From contig CAWCJX010000057.1 of assembly GCA_963795865.1 (NCBI GenBank), positions 105,490 through 169,489 of the forward strand: 64,000 bases of DNA. Direction: 5' to 3'. The notes under the pieces are model-generated. The model made no database searches and was not told the origin of the DNA. It was given only the letters and a program-made list of their open reading frames with translations. Shown here in pieces: positions 1 through 9,772 of this stretch; positions within the stretch are counted from its first letter, which is position 1, and the number at the start of each line of letters is the position of its first letter. The translations under genes and the position numbers were made by a program. This DNA is from an uncultured Alphaproteobacteria bacterium. GTDB lineage: Bacteria; Pseudomonadota; Alphaproteobacteria; Rhizobiales; Xanthobacteraceae.

Positions 1-1424
1 CTGGCGCGCTGCCGTCCAGCGCGCGTCGACCGGCGATACAACAGCGACACCGGCACCGTCTCGCCGTCGCGGGACGGTGCCAGCACGCGCCGCGTGACAT
101 AGGCGCCCGGGTCGTGCCCACTCGGGATTTCCTGACGCTTGCGCAGCAAGCGCGTGCGACTGGCGAGATCGTAGTCCCAGATCTCCGACGGGGTCGTCAT
201 CGACGAATAGCTGAAGCGCAGCACGTCGGTGTCGAATTCGTATCCGGGGTCGAAACCGAGCGAATAGGCCTCCTCGTGAAAGCCGATGACGTGCTCGTCG
301 CCGTCGGCGAGGCGACGTACCACGATGCGCGCCAGACCGTCCTCGCGCTCGAGCCGGATCAGCCAGCCGGCCAGCACCGTGAAGCTCAGGATGTAGACCC
401 CGGGGCGATGCGGAACGACGTCGCGCCAGAGCTCGCGGCCGGTCGCCGCGAGCGGCGTCCAGGCGATCTTGAAATCCTCGGCAGCGCCGGCATTGGTGAG
501 AATGAACAGGCCGGGTGCGCCGCCGGCCTCGGGGTGATGCTCGACCCCGTAGCGGATCGAGGTCTCGCGCGGCGCCACCAGGACGGGCCTCGCGCCGCTG
601 TCGGCGAGGTCGATCAGCCAGCTCTCCGAGGTCTCGTGGTCATGCAGCGAGACCTCGGCAAACCGGCCGGATTGCAGCCTGGAGAGCGACACGAACAAGC
701 CGCTGTCCTCGGCGGCGACGATCTCGACGTCGTCGGCCGGGTTGCTGCCGAGGCGGTGGCGATGCACGCTCACGGGACGGTGGTGGCGATCGACGCGGAC
801 ATAGTAGAAGGCGGCGCAATCCAGCGACCACGCGATGCCGCCGGTCGTCTCGGTGACGAGGTCGGGAAGGTCGAGCCCGCCGGCGATGTCGCGGACGCGG
901 ACGGAAAACAGCTCTGCCCCGCTGTCGTCCGCGCTCCAGGCGAGCAACCGGTGGTCGGGCGAATGGGCGGTGGCGCCGATGCGAAAGAACGGCTTGCCGG
1001 CGGCGAGCGCGTCGCCGTCGAGGATGGTCTCGGTGGCGCCGCCGCCCCGCGGTTCGCGGCAGATCAGGGGATGCTGGCCGCCTTCGCGATGGCGGCTGAA
1101 ATAGGCATAAGGTCCATCGGCGGCCGGCACGCTCGCATCGTCTTCCTTGATCCGGCCCTTCATCTCCGCGAACAGGGCGTCCTGCAAGGCGACGGTGCCG
1201 GAGAGAGCGGCATCCGCGTAGGCGTTCTCGGCTTCGAGGTAGGCGCGGATATCGGCATCGAGCAGGGCCGGATCGCGCATCACCGCCTGCCAATCGGGGT
1301 CCTTGAGCCAGGCGAATTCGTCGGTCAGCGTGATGCCGTGCCGCACCACGCTCGCCGGGCGCGGCACGGCACGCGGCGGCGCCGCGGCCGCCGGGGCCAA
1401 TCTGGGTAACGCGGTGGAACTCAT
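1..1424 (-). CDS. ptrB: Oligopeptidase B / S9A prolyl-oligopeptidase-family peptidase, N-terminal beta-propeller part (partial; 3' end lies beyond window start)
   Basis: Absent from the ORF track because no stop lies inside the window. Own translation of the minus strand from ATG (1424-1422) gives MSSTALPRLAP...VVRHGITLTDEFAWLKDPDWQAVMRDPALLDADIRAYLEAENAYADAAL...GKPFFRIGATAHSPDHRLLAWSADDSGAELF..., open down to nt 1. The 431-aa plus-strand ORF 114..1409 is its antisense shadow. Confidence 0.8.
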   Translation of the reverse strand, partial: MSSTALPRLAPAAAAPPRAVPRPASVVRHGITLTDEFAWLKDPDWQAVMRDPALLDADIRAYLEAENAYADAALSGTVALQDALFAEMKGRIKEDDASVPAADGPYAYFSRHREGGQHPLICREPRGGGATETILDGDALAAGKPFFRIGATAHSPDHRLLAWSADDSGAELFSVRVRDIAGGLDLPDLVTETTGGIAWSLDCAAFYYVRVDRHHRPVSVHRHRLGSNPADDVEIVAAEDSGLFVSLSRLQSGRFAEVSLHDHETSESWLIDLADSGARPVLVAPRETSIRYGVEHHPEAGGAPGLFILTNAGAAEDFKIAWTPLAATGRELWRDVVPHRPGVYILSFTVLAGWLIRLEREDGLARIVVRRLADGDEHVIGFHEEAYSLGFDPGYEFDTDVLRFSYSSMTTPSEIWDYDLASRTRLLRKRQEIPSGHDPGAYVTRRVLAPSRDGETVPVSLLYRRSTRAGRQRA

Positions 1425-1756
1425 GCCCAATTCTTAGTCGGGCCTGACCCGCCGCGCAAACGGCCGGTCCGCCCGGTGGCTGTCTTGGTTAAGCTTCTGA
1501 TCGCGACGTTCGCGGCGGCGCACAAGTCTCAGCGGCGACGCGATGCCGATGATCCGCCGCGATCCGCGCCAGAGCGTCGGTCCGCCGCTGGAGGCCAGTA
1601 TGGGGCATCGGACCCGGCCGCAGCCGTCAGAGGCGCAACGGCTAGCGCCGGAGTCGCGATGGCGTTCCACCCCTTTCAAGATCGCCGCGATCAGCCGGTT
1701 GGACGTTGGTGTTATTCGGAAAATGCAAAAAACTGTTTAGTGGCGTGTCCACACCG

Positions 1757-1778
1757 ATATGATTTATATAAATCATAT
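1757..1778. promoter_or_regulatory. Perfect 22-bp AT-rich palindrome ATATGATTTATATAAATCATAT in an AT-rich intergenic patch; candidate operator
   Basis: Read directly. The sequence equals its own reverse complement. It lies about 125 nt upstream of the small secreted-protein gene in an otherwise ~65% GC context. Confidence 0.3.
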
Positions 1779-1903
1779 GTATTAATGCTAGTAATCAAAA
1801 TCACCATGCCCGGGTGCCGCCGGATAGGTCTGGCCGGTTGATCATCAGATAATTATCGGCCATGTTGGCTGGCCCTCGATTGCAAGGGTTCTTACCAGGG
1901 AGA

Positions 1904-2161
1904 ATGGTGATGTTTCGCAAGCTGCCTATTCTCGCCGCTGCGGTTGTTGTCGTCGCGATGTCGGTTGCCCCGGCCTCCGCGCGTAAATTCCCGGTGGTGC
2001 ACAACGTCACGGTGGACAACGCCTATTACGGCTTTGTGACCGGCCCGCTGCTTTATCCGAACAGCAGCTACGTCGAGCTCATCGGGACGCCCTATGCGGT
2101 CCCCAAATCCGTCATCGCCTACTGGCCGACGCATGGCTGGTATCGTCGCGGTGGCTACTGA
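1904..2161 (+). CDS. Small secreted hypothetical protein (85 aa)
   Basis: ORF 1862..2161. Internal ATG at 1904 is preceded by GGGAGA. Signal-peptide-like MVMFRKLPILAAAVVVVAMSVAPASA. No family recognised. Confidence 0.5.
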   Translation: MVMFRKLPILAAAVVVVAMSVAPASARKFPVVHNVTVDNAYYGFVTGPLLYPNSSYVELIGTPYAVPKSVIAYWPTHGWYRRGGY

Positions 2162-2455
2162 TCGTCCAGCGAGCCTGTAATCAAGCGGGCGCGATACCGG
2201 ATCGTTGTCGCGCCTGAATTACGTTGAACGAGATGGAACACGGGTGAGAAGCACAGGCCGGTGCCGCACGCACCGGCGGTGCTGTCTGAACGCGGCGCGC
2301 GCCGGCGTCGGGTCAAGCACATTCACGTAAGCCGTTGATTGACGCTTGTAGCGGCATCAGAAACTCAAACGGACACGACCCTCTGTGCGGCCGCCCGCGA
2401 TGGACGGCCGCGCACAATCATTTTTGCGAGTTTTCTGCTGTCCGTTCCGTGAAGT

Positions 2456-2857
2456 TCATGGCTGTCCCGTGATGCAGTCGCGCAGTCCGGTCGGCCGCGG
2501 GCCGTCGGGAAAGACATGACCGAGATGGGCATCGCAGGCGGCGCAGCGCACCTCGGTCCGGCGCATGAAGAACGAGCCGTCGGCATGCTCGCTCACCGCG
2601 ACGCCGTCGACCGGGGCGAAAAGCTCGGCTAGGCGGTGCCGGAATCGAACTTGGCGTCGGGGCGAACGATGGGGCGCCGCAGTAGACGCAGCCATAGGTG
2701 CCGGCACGCTTCCGTCCGGAACGGGCCGGTGAAGGCGCGTTCGGTGCCGTGCTCGCGGGTAACGTGACGATTGCGCCGGCGTCAATCGGGCGCGCCATCC
2801 CGGTCGGACTGGGTTGCCTCTATCGGGGACGGGCGGGCAACCGGCGGCCCCGGTCAC
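2456..2857 (-). pseudogene. msrB: Peptide-methionine (R)-S-oxide reductase MsrB, decayed (at least 4 frame changes plus an in-frame TAG)
   Basis: Own three-frame translation of the minus strand finds all MsrB/SelR hallmark segments, but scattered over three frames. WRARLTPAQ is in frame b, [14 protein letters not shown] in frame c, and [11 protein letters not shown] in frame a. [16 protein letters not shown] is in frame c. [47 protein letters not shown] is in frame b. The Trp codon of the GWPSF motif reads TAG. Confidence 0.8.
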
Positions 2858-3155
2858 AAATCACGATTGCGGCCTGCTCTTTTTGAACGGAGCAGGAGCG
2901 ATCGGCTGGGATTTCGCGCCATCGGTTTCGATACCAGGGTACCGCGGCGTGTCGGTGGCCGACGCCGCGCCCACGAAATCTGGCTTTTGCTTTGCAAAAA
3001 CCTGTGTGGACACTGATTTGTGCTTTCATATTCTTGTCTACAATTGAAAAGGATAGTAAACACAGCCGGAGCGCATCTAGAGATGCTCTGGGTTCAGGAT
3101 GAGGCGGGACCGGGAACGGCAGGGAAATCATCGAGGAATTGCGTGGGGAAGCGCC

Positions 3156-3572
3156 ATGAATGACAAGTCGTCGAGCAATTACATCGAACTGACCGCGGAC
3201 ATCGTTTCGGCCTATGTCAGCAACAACACCGTGGCGACCGGAGAGATTTCTGCACTGATCAGCCAGGTTCATTCGGCCTTGCTGCGGGTCTCCAACGGGC
3301 AGACCGAGGTCGTGTCGGAGGCCCTCAAGCCCGCCATCGCGGTCAAGAAATCGATCACGCCGGACTATCTCATCTGCCTGGAAGACGGCAAGAAGTTCAA
3401 GTCGCTCAAGCGTCATTTGCGCACGCAATACAACATGACGCCCGAGCATTACCGCGAGAAATGGGGCCTCGCCGCCGATTACCCGATGGTGGCCCCGAAT
3501 TACGCCGAAGCGCGCTCCCAGCTCGCCAAGCAGATGGGCCTCGGCCAGCAGCGGCGGCGTCGCGCGCGTTGA
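3156..3572 (+). CDS. mucR: Ros/MucR family zinc-finger transcriptional regulator
   Basis: ORF 3099..3572. The C-terminal [64 protein letters not shown] is the Ros/MucR DNA-binding domain. Start taken at MNDKSS (3156). AT-rich upstream region. Confidence 0.85.
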   Translation: MNDKSSSNYIELTADIVSAYVSNNTVATGEISALISQVHSALLRVSNGQTEVVSEALKPAIAVKKSITPDYLICLEDGKKFKSLKRHLRTQYNMTPEHYREKWGLAADYPMVAPNYAEARSQLAKQMGLGQQRRRRAR

Positions 3573-3781
3573 TCCGGCGATGCGAACGGAAGTTGCGGCC
3601 TTCCAGGCAGGATCATGCGTAGCAGAGAGATGACTCGACGCGTCGAAACCGGCTGAATTGGAAACGCTGGGGGGAGCCCGTCGGCGTTTGGTGCCTGTCA
3701 ATCAGCGCTGATCATCGCTTCGCCCGCGCGAGTTCCGGACGCACTCGGCGTTTGGAGTCTCCCATTGCAACCGCACTCCGA

Positions 3782-4210
3782 TCACGCGCCCGCGGCGACG
3801 AGGGCGTTGCGGGCCTCGTCGCGGATGCGCCCGACCATCGATTTCAACCCGTTGGAGCGCTGCGGCGTGAGATGCTCGCGCAGCCCGAGCCGATCGAACC
3901 GGGCGAGCGCGTCGGTTGCCAGGATGTCGCGGGCGGGCTGTTGCGAATACATGGCGAACAGGATGGCGATGAGGCCGCGCACGATGTGGGCATCGCTGTC
4001 GCCGGCAAAGCTCAGCACCGGTCCGGACGCGCCGGGCGTGACCTTGGTGGTCAGCCAGACCTGGCTGGCGCAGCCCGGTACCTTGTTGGCATCGGTTCGC
4101 GCCGCCTCGGGCAACGGCGCCAGCATGCGCCCGAGCTCGATGAGGTAGCGATAGCGGTCGTCCCATTCATCCAGGATGGCAAAATTTTCGCTGATCTCGT
4201 CGATCGTCAT
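3782..4210 (-). CDS. sufE: Cysteine desulfuration (sulfur acceptor) protein SufE
   Basis: 142-aa ORF: MTIDEISENFAILDEWDDRYRYLIELGRMLAPLP...KVPGCASQVWL...IVRGLIAIL, with the conserved acceptor Cys in PGCASQVW. Confidence 0.85.
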   Translation of the reverse strand: MTIDEISENFAILDEWDDRYRYLIELGRMLAPLPEAARTDANKVPGCASQVWLTTKVTPGASGPVLSFAGDSDAHIVRGLIAILFAMYSQQPARDILATDALARFDRLGLREHLTPQRSNGLKSMVGRIRDEARNALVAAGA

Positions 4211-4363
4211 GATGTCTCGAACGCAAAGCGGCTCGCCGCGCGGCGCCCTTTACATAGGCGGCAGCGCGGCGAATGGCCATAGCCGAAGCGGAATCCCAGG
4301 AATCGCTCGGCCGGCGCCGTCCGCCCACTCGATGCGAGGGGCAAGGGATCAGATCGAGCAGGA

Positions 4364-4777
4364 TCAGATCGAGCCTCGGTCCTTGCGATTCGGGCCGTGC
4401 CATGCTGGCACAAGATCTGCCGACGTCAGCGTGTGCTGCGAGGGCTTCGCCTCTCCCGTCGGCACGCTGCCCGAGGCGTCCGCGGCGTCGGCCGCGGCGT
4501 CAGCCTTGCCGAGCTTTTGTCCGACGATTTCATAGAGCATCTTCGCCCCGGCCTGGGCGCGCTGGCCGAAGGCGGACGCAAACTGGGCGCCTGCCGCGCA
4601 GGCCTCGGGCTGACGGCTGCAGAACTGAATCATGTCGGCAAACGTCGCCGAAGCGGCGGTCACCGCTTCCGTGGCCCCGAATCCCGGCGCCGGCGACGTC
4701 GCCTGTTTCGCGCCGAAGGTCGGCAGCAGCGCGAGGACGACACCCATCCAGAACGCCGTGCGCAAGAGGAACATCAT
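4364..4777 (-). CDS. Small membrane-anchored protein (DUF5330-like)
   Basis: ORF 4364..4945. Likely start is MMFLLRTAFWMGVVLALLP at 4777, preceded by AAGGG. One N-terminal TM helix followed by an Ala-rich soluble part. Family name is from memory. Confidence 0.5.
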   Translation of the reverse strand: MMFLLRTAFWMGVVLALLPTFGAKQATSPAPGFGATEAVTAASATFADMIQFCSRQPEACAAGAQFASAFGQRAQAGAKMLYEIVGQKLGKADAAADAADASGSVPTGEAKPSQHTLTSADLVPAWHGPNRKDRGSI

Positions 4778-5124
4778 GGTCCTGCCCTTATGCTTTTCCC
4801 CCATCCCGTATCCCCATGTCGGGTATAGCGGAGCCGGCTGAAAATCGCGTTCGACGACTGCGCTAAATTCTCGTAAACACTGCCGCAATATTTCCGACAA
4901 TTTTATCGATCGGGATCGGGCGGCGGTACCTGTCAATATCGGCAATCGGTTACCCTGCGTTCACCATGCGGTCACTGCCGCAACGGGCCGTTCACCATGC
5001 AGGCGGATTCACCCGACGGCGGGGGCCGATTCCGGCCGGCGCCGTCGCTCCGGAGCACGCCACGGCCGCGTCCTTAGCATTCGCTTAATGGCCCTTTGCC
5101 ACGATCCCGGGACGAGAGCGGGGC

Positions 5125-7131
5125 ATGCGTCCCGGTGGTGCGGCCCGAACAGATGGTTCGCTTCCGTCTGGACGGGTCGCCCCACTGCTTCAACGAGTCA
5201 GTGGGCTGACTTGTCCCGACATGGGCACCGGTGTTGGGCACCAGTGTCGGGGCGCAGACCACCAGCGGTGGCGTGGGTCGAGGCAAGTGAGATCGTCGCA
5301 GCCCATCGGGGATTACCTGGACGCGCTGGTGCATCCGTCGGCACGCCCGGACGAGGTGATCGCGGCGCGCCACCGGGCCTTCATCGCCGCACGGCTGGTT
5401 GTAAGCCTGTTCGGGCTCGCCGCCCTGCCGGTGTTCCTCGCGGTGCGCGGTGTTCCGAGTGTTCTCGAATTCATCATTCTGGTTTGGACCATCGCTCCCA
5501 TCGCGGCGGCCTGTTACCTGTCGTGCACCGGCCGCTATGAAAGCGCCCATCTCGTTTCCGCACTGGTGCTGGCGAGCGTCGCGATCGCCGTCGCGATGCA
5601 TTGCGGCGGCATCAATTCGATCGCCGCCATCTGGCTGGTGCTGATCCCGCTGGAAGCGGCGGTGTCGGCGTCGCGGCGCGTGGCGGCGGCCGCGGCCACG
5701 CTGGCGCTCGGCGGCGCGGCGCTGTCGATGCTGGCCAATCCAGCCGCCGAGATGCCCACAAGCGCGCAACAGGCCGGCGTCCTCGCCGCGCTCGGCATCC
5801 TGTCGGCCTTGCTTTATGCGACCGCCATCGCATGCGGCGCCGAGCGGATCGCACGTGCTGCTTCTCGGCGGTTCGTCGCCGAACAGGAGCGCTGCCGCCT
5901 GCTCGCGGGCAATATGTCCGACGTGGTGACGCGCCACGGCGCCGACGGCCGGGTGCTGTTCGTCTCGGCCAATGCGCAGGCCGTTCTCGGCATCGCCGCG
6001 GGAGAACTCCACGGGCTCGGGCTGTTCGACCGCATCCATGTCGGCGACCGGCCGGCGTTCCTGACCGCGCTCTCCGATGCGGCGGCGAACGGATCGACCG
6101 GCAACGTCGAATTCCGCATCCGCCGCGCCAGGCTCGGCGACGATGAGGGCGGCTTCGTCCGGGTCGAGATGCAATGCCGGCCGCTCGATCCGCAGGAGCG
6201 GCCGCAGGCCGGCTCTGCCGGCCGCGAGGTCGTCGCGGTGATGCGCGACGTGTCGAAGCAGAAGGCCCAGCACCAGGCCCTGATCGATGCGCGCGCCGAG
6301 GCCGAGCGCGGCAATGCCGCCAAGAGCCGGTTTCTCGCCGTCATGAGCCACGAGTTGCGCACGCCGCTCAATGCCATCATCGGCTTCTCGGACATGCTGC
6401 TCGACGCGGAGCGGTTTCGCATCGACGCCGCGCGCCGCCAGGAATACGTGCGGATGATCAACGATTCCGGCGCACACCTGCTAGCGGTGGTGAACGGCAT
6501 TCTCGACGTATCGCAGCTGGAGACCGGCAATTTCGAAATCGCGCCGGAACGGTTCAATCCGGCGGCGGTGATCGAGGGCTGCCGCGAACTGCTCGCGCTC
6601 AAGGCCAAGGACGTCGGCGTGGCGCTCCAATGCAATGCGCCATCGGACCTGCCGGACATCGTCGCCGACCCATGCGCGCTGAAGCAGATCGTGATCAACC
6701 TCGTCGCCAATGCGCTGAAGTTCACCAACCGCGGCGGCACGGTGACGATCGACGCCGCGGTCGACCGCCAGCATCTCGTGGTATCGGTCGAGGATACCGG
6801 CATCGGCATCGCGCCCGAGCACTTCGGCCGGCTCGGCGATGCTTTCTTCCAGGTGCGCGGATCCTACGCCCGCACCCATGACGGCACCGGCCTCGGCCTT
6901 TCCATCGTCAAGGGGCTCGTGCAGTTGCATGGCGGCGAGGTCAGCATGCTCAGCCGGGTCGGGCGGGGGACGCGGGTGACCGTGCGGCTTCCGCTCGACT
7001 GCGAACGCCGGTGCGCCGTCGAGCCGGTCCGCAAGATCGCGCGTCCCGGGGAGATCGAATATCCGGCCGCGCCGCCGTTTACCGCAAGGGCTCCGGGCCG
7101 CTTCAAGGCAGCCGCAAAGAAAAGTGCGTGA
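5125..7131 (+). CDS. Membrane-bound PAS-domain sensor histidine kinase (HisKA/HATPase_c)
   Basis: 668-aa ORF with several N-terminal TM helices and a PAS-like middle region. H-box MSHELRTPLNAIIGFSDML; N and G boxes NLVANALKFT, DTGIGI, GTGLGLSIV. Start uncertain: in-frame GTG at 5287 after GAGG is an alternative. Confidence 0.85.
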   Translation: MRPGGAARTDGSLPSGRVAPLLQRVSGLTCPDMGTGVGHQCRGADHQRWRGSRQVRSSQPIGDYLDALVHPSARPDEVIAARHRAFIAARLVVSLFGLAALPVFLAVRGVPSVLEFIILVWTIAPIAAACYLSCTGRYESAHLVSALVLASVAIAVAMHCGGINSIAAIWLVLIPLEAAVSASRRVAAAAATLALGGAALSMLANPAAEMPTSAQQAGVLAALGILSALLYATAIACGAERIARAASRRFVAEQERCRLLAGNMSDVVTRHGADGRVLFVSANAQAVLGIAAGELHGLGLFDRIHVGDRPAFLTALSDAAANGSTGNVEFRIRRARLGDDEGGFVRVEMQCRPLDPQERPQAGSAGREVVAVMRDVSKQKAQHQALIDARAEAERGNAAKSRFLAVMSHELRTPLNAIIGFSDMLLDAERFRIDAARRQEYVRMINDSGAHLLAVVNGILDVSQLETGNFEIAPERFNPAAVIEGCRELLALKAKDVGVALQCNAPSDLPDIVADPCALKQIVINLVANALKFTNRGGTVTIDAAVDRQHLVVSVEDTGIGIAPEHFGRLGDAFFQVRGSYARTHDGTGLGLSIVKGLVQLHGGEVSMLSRVGRGTRVTVRLPLDCERRCAVEPVRKIARPGEIEYPAAPPFTARAPGRFKAAAKKSA

Positions 7132-7699
7132 CATGAATTCCATGGGCGGAATAGCCGACTTCTTCAGGCGCAGCCTCGCACCGCTGGTGGCGGCGCGACT
7201 GCCCTCCGTGCTGCGCTTTTTGGTGAGCCATCGCCGCGACGTCATCGGCGCGGTAGTCGCGGCCGGTGCGGTCACGTTGATTCTGGTCAACGGGCTGTTC
7301 ATGCAATCGGGCCCGCATCCGGCGCCGATCTTTGCGATCAAGCCGCTCCCGGTGGTCTCCAACGAACCGACTGGAGCCGTGCTGCCGCGGCCGCGCCCGC
7401 CCGCGGCCGAGAGCGCGAGGTTCGATCCGGTGCCGACGCCGCGTCCGCGGGTGCAGCCGGCCGCTTCCCGCAACGATCCGATCGCCGACCTCATCAACCC
7501 GCCCCGGCCGCTGAGCGCGGTGCAGCGCGCGCTCAACGAATACGGCTATGGCCCGGTCAAGGCGAGCGGCGTCGCCGACGAGGCCACCCGCGCGGCGATC
7601 TCGCGGTTCGAGAAGGACCACAATCTGCCGGTCACCGGACAGGTCACGCCGCGATTGCGGCGCGAGTTGAGCGCGGCCATCGGCCGCCCGCTGGATTGA
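7124..7699 (+). CDS. Peptidoglycan-binding domain protein (membrane anchored, Pro-rich linker)
   Basis: 191-aa ORF with an N-terminal TM helix. C-terminal LSAVQRALNEYGYGPVKASGVADEATRAAISRFEKDHNLPVTGQVTPRLRREL resembles PG_binding_1. Overlaps the kinase stop by a few nt. Confidence 0.7.
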   Translation: MRDMNSMGGIADFFRRSLAPLVAARLPSVLRFLVSHRRDVIGAVVAAGAVTLILVNGLFMQSGPHPAPIFAIKPLPVVSNEPTGAVLPRPRPPAAESARFDPVPTPRPRVQPAASRNDPIADLINPPRPLSAVQRALNEYGYGPVKASGVADEATRAAISRFEKDHNLPVTGQVTPRLRRELSAAIGRPLD

Positions 7700-7736
7700 T
7701 TTGCCAGCGCGCCCGCGGGCGCTTATGCAAACGGCC

Positions 7737-8084
7737 ATGCGTCTGAAATCGGGATTTTGGGTCGCGGCCTATATCAGGCGCTGCAATGTCGAGGGCCTGT
7801 TCGCCGCGGTGCGCCGGCATGGTGCCGAAGAAGCGGGCGCGATCTTCATCAAGGTCAATCGCCTCGACGGGACGGCCGACCTGTACGGGCCCGCGCCGCA
7901 ATCCGCATTCGGGGCGCAAAGTCCGTCCGACCGGGCGTTCAGCGCCGCCCTCAAGGCGATGCCCGCCGCCGAAGAGCAGGTGGAAGCCTACCTTGCAAGC
8001 CAGGTCCGTTTCGATCCGGACCTCTGGATCATCGAGAGCGAAGATCGCGCCGGCCGGCACTTTCTCGATCAGATCGTGAAGTGA
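7737..8084 (+). CDS. DUF1491 family protein
   Basis: ORF 7701..8084. Start taken at MRLKSGFWVAAYIRRCNVEGLFAAVRRHGAEEAGAIFIKVNRLDG, the typical alphaproteobacterial DUF1491 N-terminus (from memory). Confidence 0.7.
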   Translation: MRLKSGFWVAAYIRRCNVEGLFAAVRRHGAEEAGAIFIKVNRLDGTADLYGPAPQSAFGAQSPSDRAFSAALKAMPAAEEQVEAYLASQVRFDPDLWIIESEDRAGRHFLDQIVK

Positions 8085-9003
8085 CGCTGCCCTCCTGGAT
8101 GCGCTCCGACAGCGCGCCGAATCGCGCCCGTAGACCCGCCATCGGCCACTCGCGCGGAACTGCGAGATCGGAGGTGGCTTCCGGCGGCGATGCTGCTTCG
8201 GTGCGCCGCGCCGCGTCGCGCCACAGCGCCAGCAGCCGGATCGCGGCGCTGCGATCGAGTTCATAAGAGAGATTGGTCAGATCGAACACCCGCTCGACGG
8301 AGTGGCCGACGGCAGGATTGACCAGCAGAAGCACGCGCTGCAGCACCGCAATGGGGATGTGCATGGCGATGGCGGCGACCACGATCGGCTCGCCGGAGGC
8401 GTCGTTGAGGATCCGCTCGGACAGGCTGCGGGGCAGTTCGAGGAGGCGCTCGAACTCGCGGATGAATTCGCCGATCCGGCCTTGCAAGGCGGCGGCGTCG
8501 AGCCGCTCGTAGTCCGGCCGTGCCATGTCCTGCATGGCCGGCAGGCTCCCGCCTTCGCATCGCTTCGCGATCAGTGCCAGCAGATTGCGCCGCTCGGCGG
8601 CGGAAGCGGCGAAAAACGCCTCGCCCCATTCGGCCGGTTCGAGCGCCTGTTGTGAGGCGACGGTCGGGCCGGGATTCGACGCCGCGCCGGCCGTCGGATC
8701 GGGCGCACTCGCCGGCGTCGGCGGCGTTGCGGTCGCGGCGTTGTTTGCGAGCCGCTCGGAAATTTCGCCCGGAGCGGCGGAGTGGTTGCGCAGGATGCCG
8801 GCCACGATCGCGCGGGTCGTCTCGTCGACGACGTCGATGAGGCGCTGTGCCAGCTCGGCATATTGCCGCTTTTCCTCGTCGGTATGGGTGGCTCGCTCGA
8901 CATAGAGCGCGGTCAATGCAAGGAGCAAGCGGGCCTTGACGTCGTTGCCGGGCCGATCGGCCAACCCGATCAGGTCCTTCCTGTTGATTGCAGCGGCGGT
9001 CAC
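8029..9003 (-). CDS. DUF2336-like conserved hypothetical protein
   Basis: 324-aa ORF with balanced composition. Convergent with the DUF1491 gene and overlapping it by 56 nt, so its 3' end could be artificially extended. Family assignment from memory only. Confidence 0.5.
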   Translation of the reverse strand: MTAAAINRKDLIGLADRPGNDVKARLLLALTALYVERATHTDEEKRQYAELAQRLIDVVDETTRAIVAGILRNHSAAPGEISERLANNAATATPPTPASAPDPTAGAASNPGPTVASQQALEPAEWGEAFFAASAAERRNLLALIAKRCEGGSLPAMQDMARPDYERLDAAALQGRIGEFIREFERLLELPRSLSERILNDASGEPIVVAAIAMHIPIAVLQRVLLLVNPAVGHSVERVFDLTNLSYELDRSAAIRLLALWRDAARRTEAASPPEATSDLAVPREWPMAGLRARFGALSERIQEGSVTSRSDRESAGRRDLRSR

Positions 9004-9166
9004 GCGGTTCCCCCAGGTGCCGGGATTGGAATCAGCGTCCGTTATAAGCGGCGGCGCGTTAGCGACGCGTTAACCTCAACGACACCCTAAGCCGTCGGAA
9101 TCGGGGCCTGTGATCCGGCTGTTCCAAAGTCACGCCCCCGGGCACGCCCGTGCGCGGCGTTGCGGC

Positions 9167-9664
9167 TCAGGCCTCGTCCGCGTGGTCGGGCAGGACCAGA
9201 TAGATCAGCACCATCAGGATGGTCGCGAAGAAGCGGAAGGCGTCGGGCACGCCATTCCACTTCGGCGACATCCACATCCCGAACCACTCGCCGCCGATCG
9301 ACATGAAACCGACCTGCCAGACGAGGAAGCCGAGCGTCAGGCCGGCGATGCCGAACCCCTTGGCCCGATTGAATGCGGCTGCGTCGCCATGGGCCAGCAG
9401 CAGCCGGGCGGCGCCGATCCAGCACAGGATCGCCGTCAGCGTCTCTGCCGCGATGATCAGCATGTAGCCGGCATTTTGCAGCGTCGGATTGTCGATGGCG
9501 CGATATCTTATGGTCGCGGTTGGGTACACCGTGTCCATCGAGAGGACATGCTGCACGAAGGCCCAATTCGTTCCGTAGTCGGTGATGTTGCCGAAAGCGA
9601 CCAGGCTCGCAAACAGGGCAATCGCCGCAACCGTCGCGGCTTTCGACAGGCGAATGATCCGCAT
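9167..9664 (-). CDS. DUF2165 family small integral membrane protein
   Basis: ORF 9167..9718. Start at MRIIRLSKAATVAAIALFASLVAFGNITDYGTNWAFVQHVLSMDT...GGEWFGMWMSPKWNG. Four predicted TM helices. Confidence 0.65.
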   Translation of the reverse strand: MRIIRLSKAATVAAIALFASLVAFGNITDYGTNWAFVQHVLSMDTVYPTATIRYRAIDNPTLQNAGYMLIIAAETLTAILCWIGAARLLLAHGDAAAFNRAKGFGIAGLTLGFLVWQVGFMSIGGEWFGMWMSPKWNGVPDAFRFFATILMVLIYLVLPDHADEA

Positions 9665-9772
9665 CTCGTCCTTCCTGATCAGGCGTCGATCCACCCGAAC
9701 ATATCGATCGCGGCGCAAAGCAAAAGGCCCCGGCGAACCGGGGCCTCGTTGCAGCGCCGTCGGTCCGGACGG

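Noticed and set aside
114-1409. 431-aa plus-strand ORF, the longest track ORF at the window start
   Set aside because: Arg/Ala/Gly-rich with no recognisable family. It lies exactly antisense to the ptrB frame, which translates into a clean oligopeptidase B N-terminal domain. This is a typical high-GC shadow ORF.
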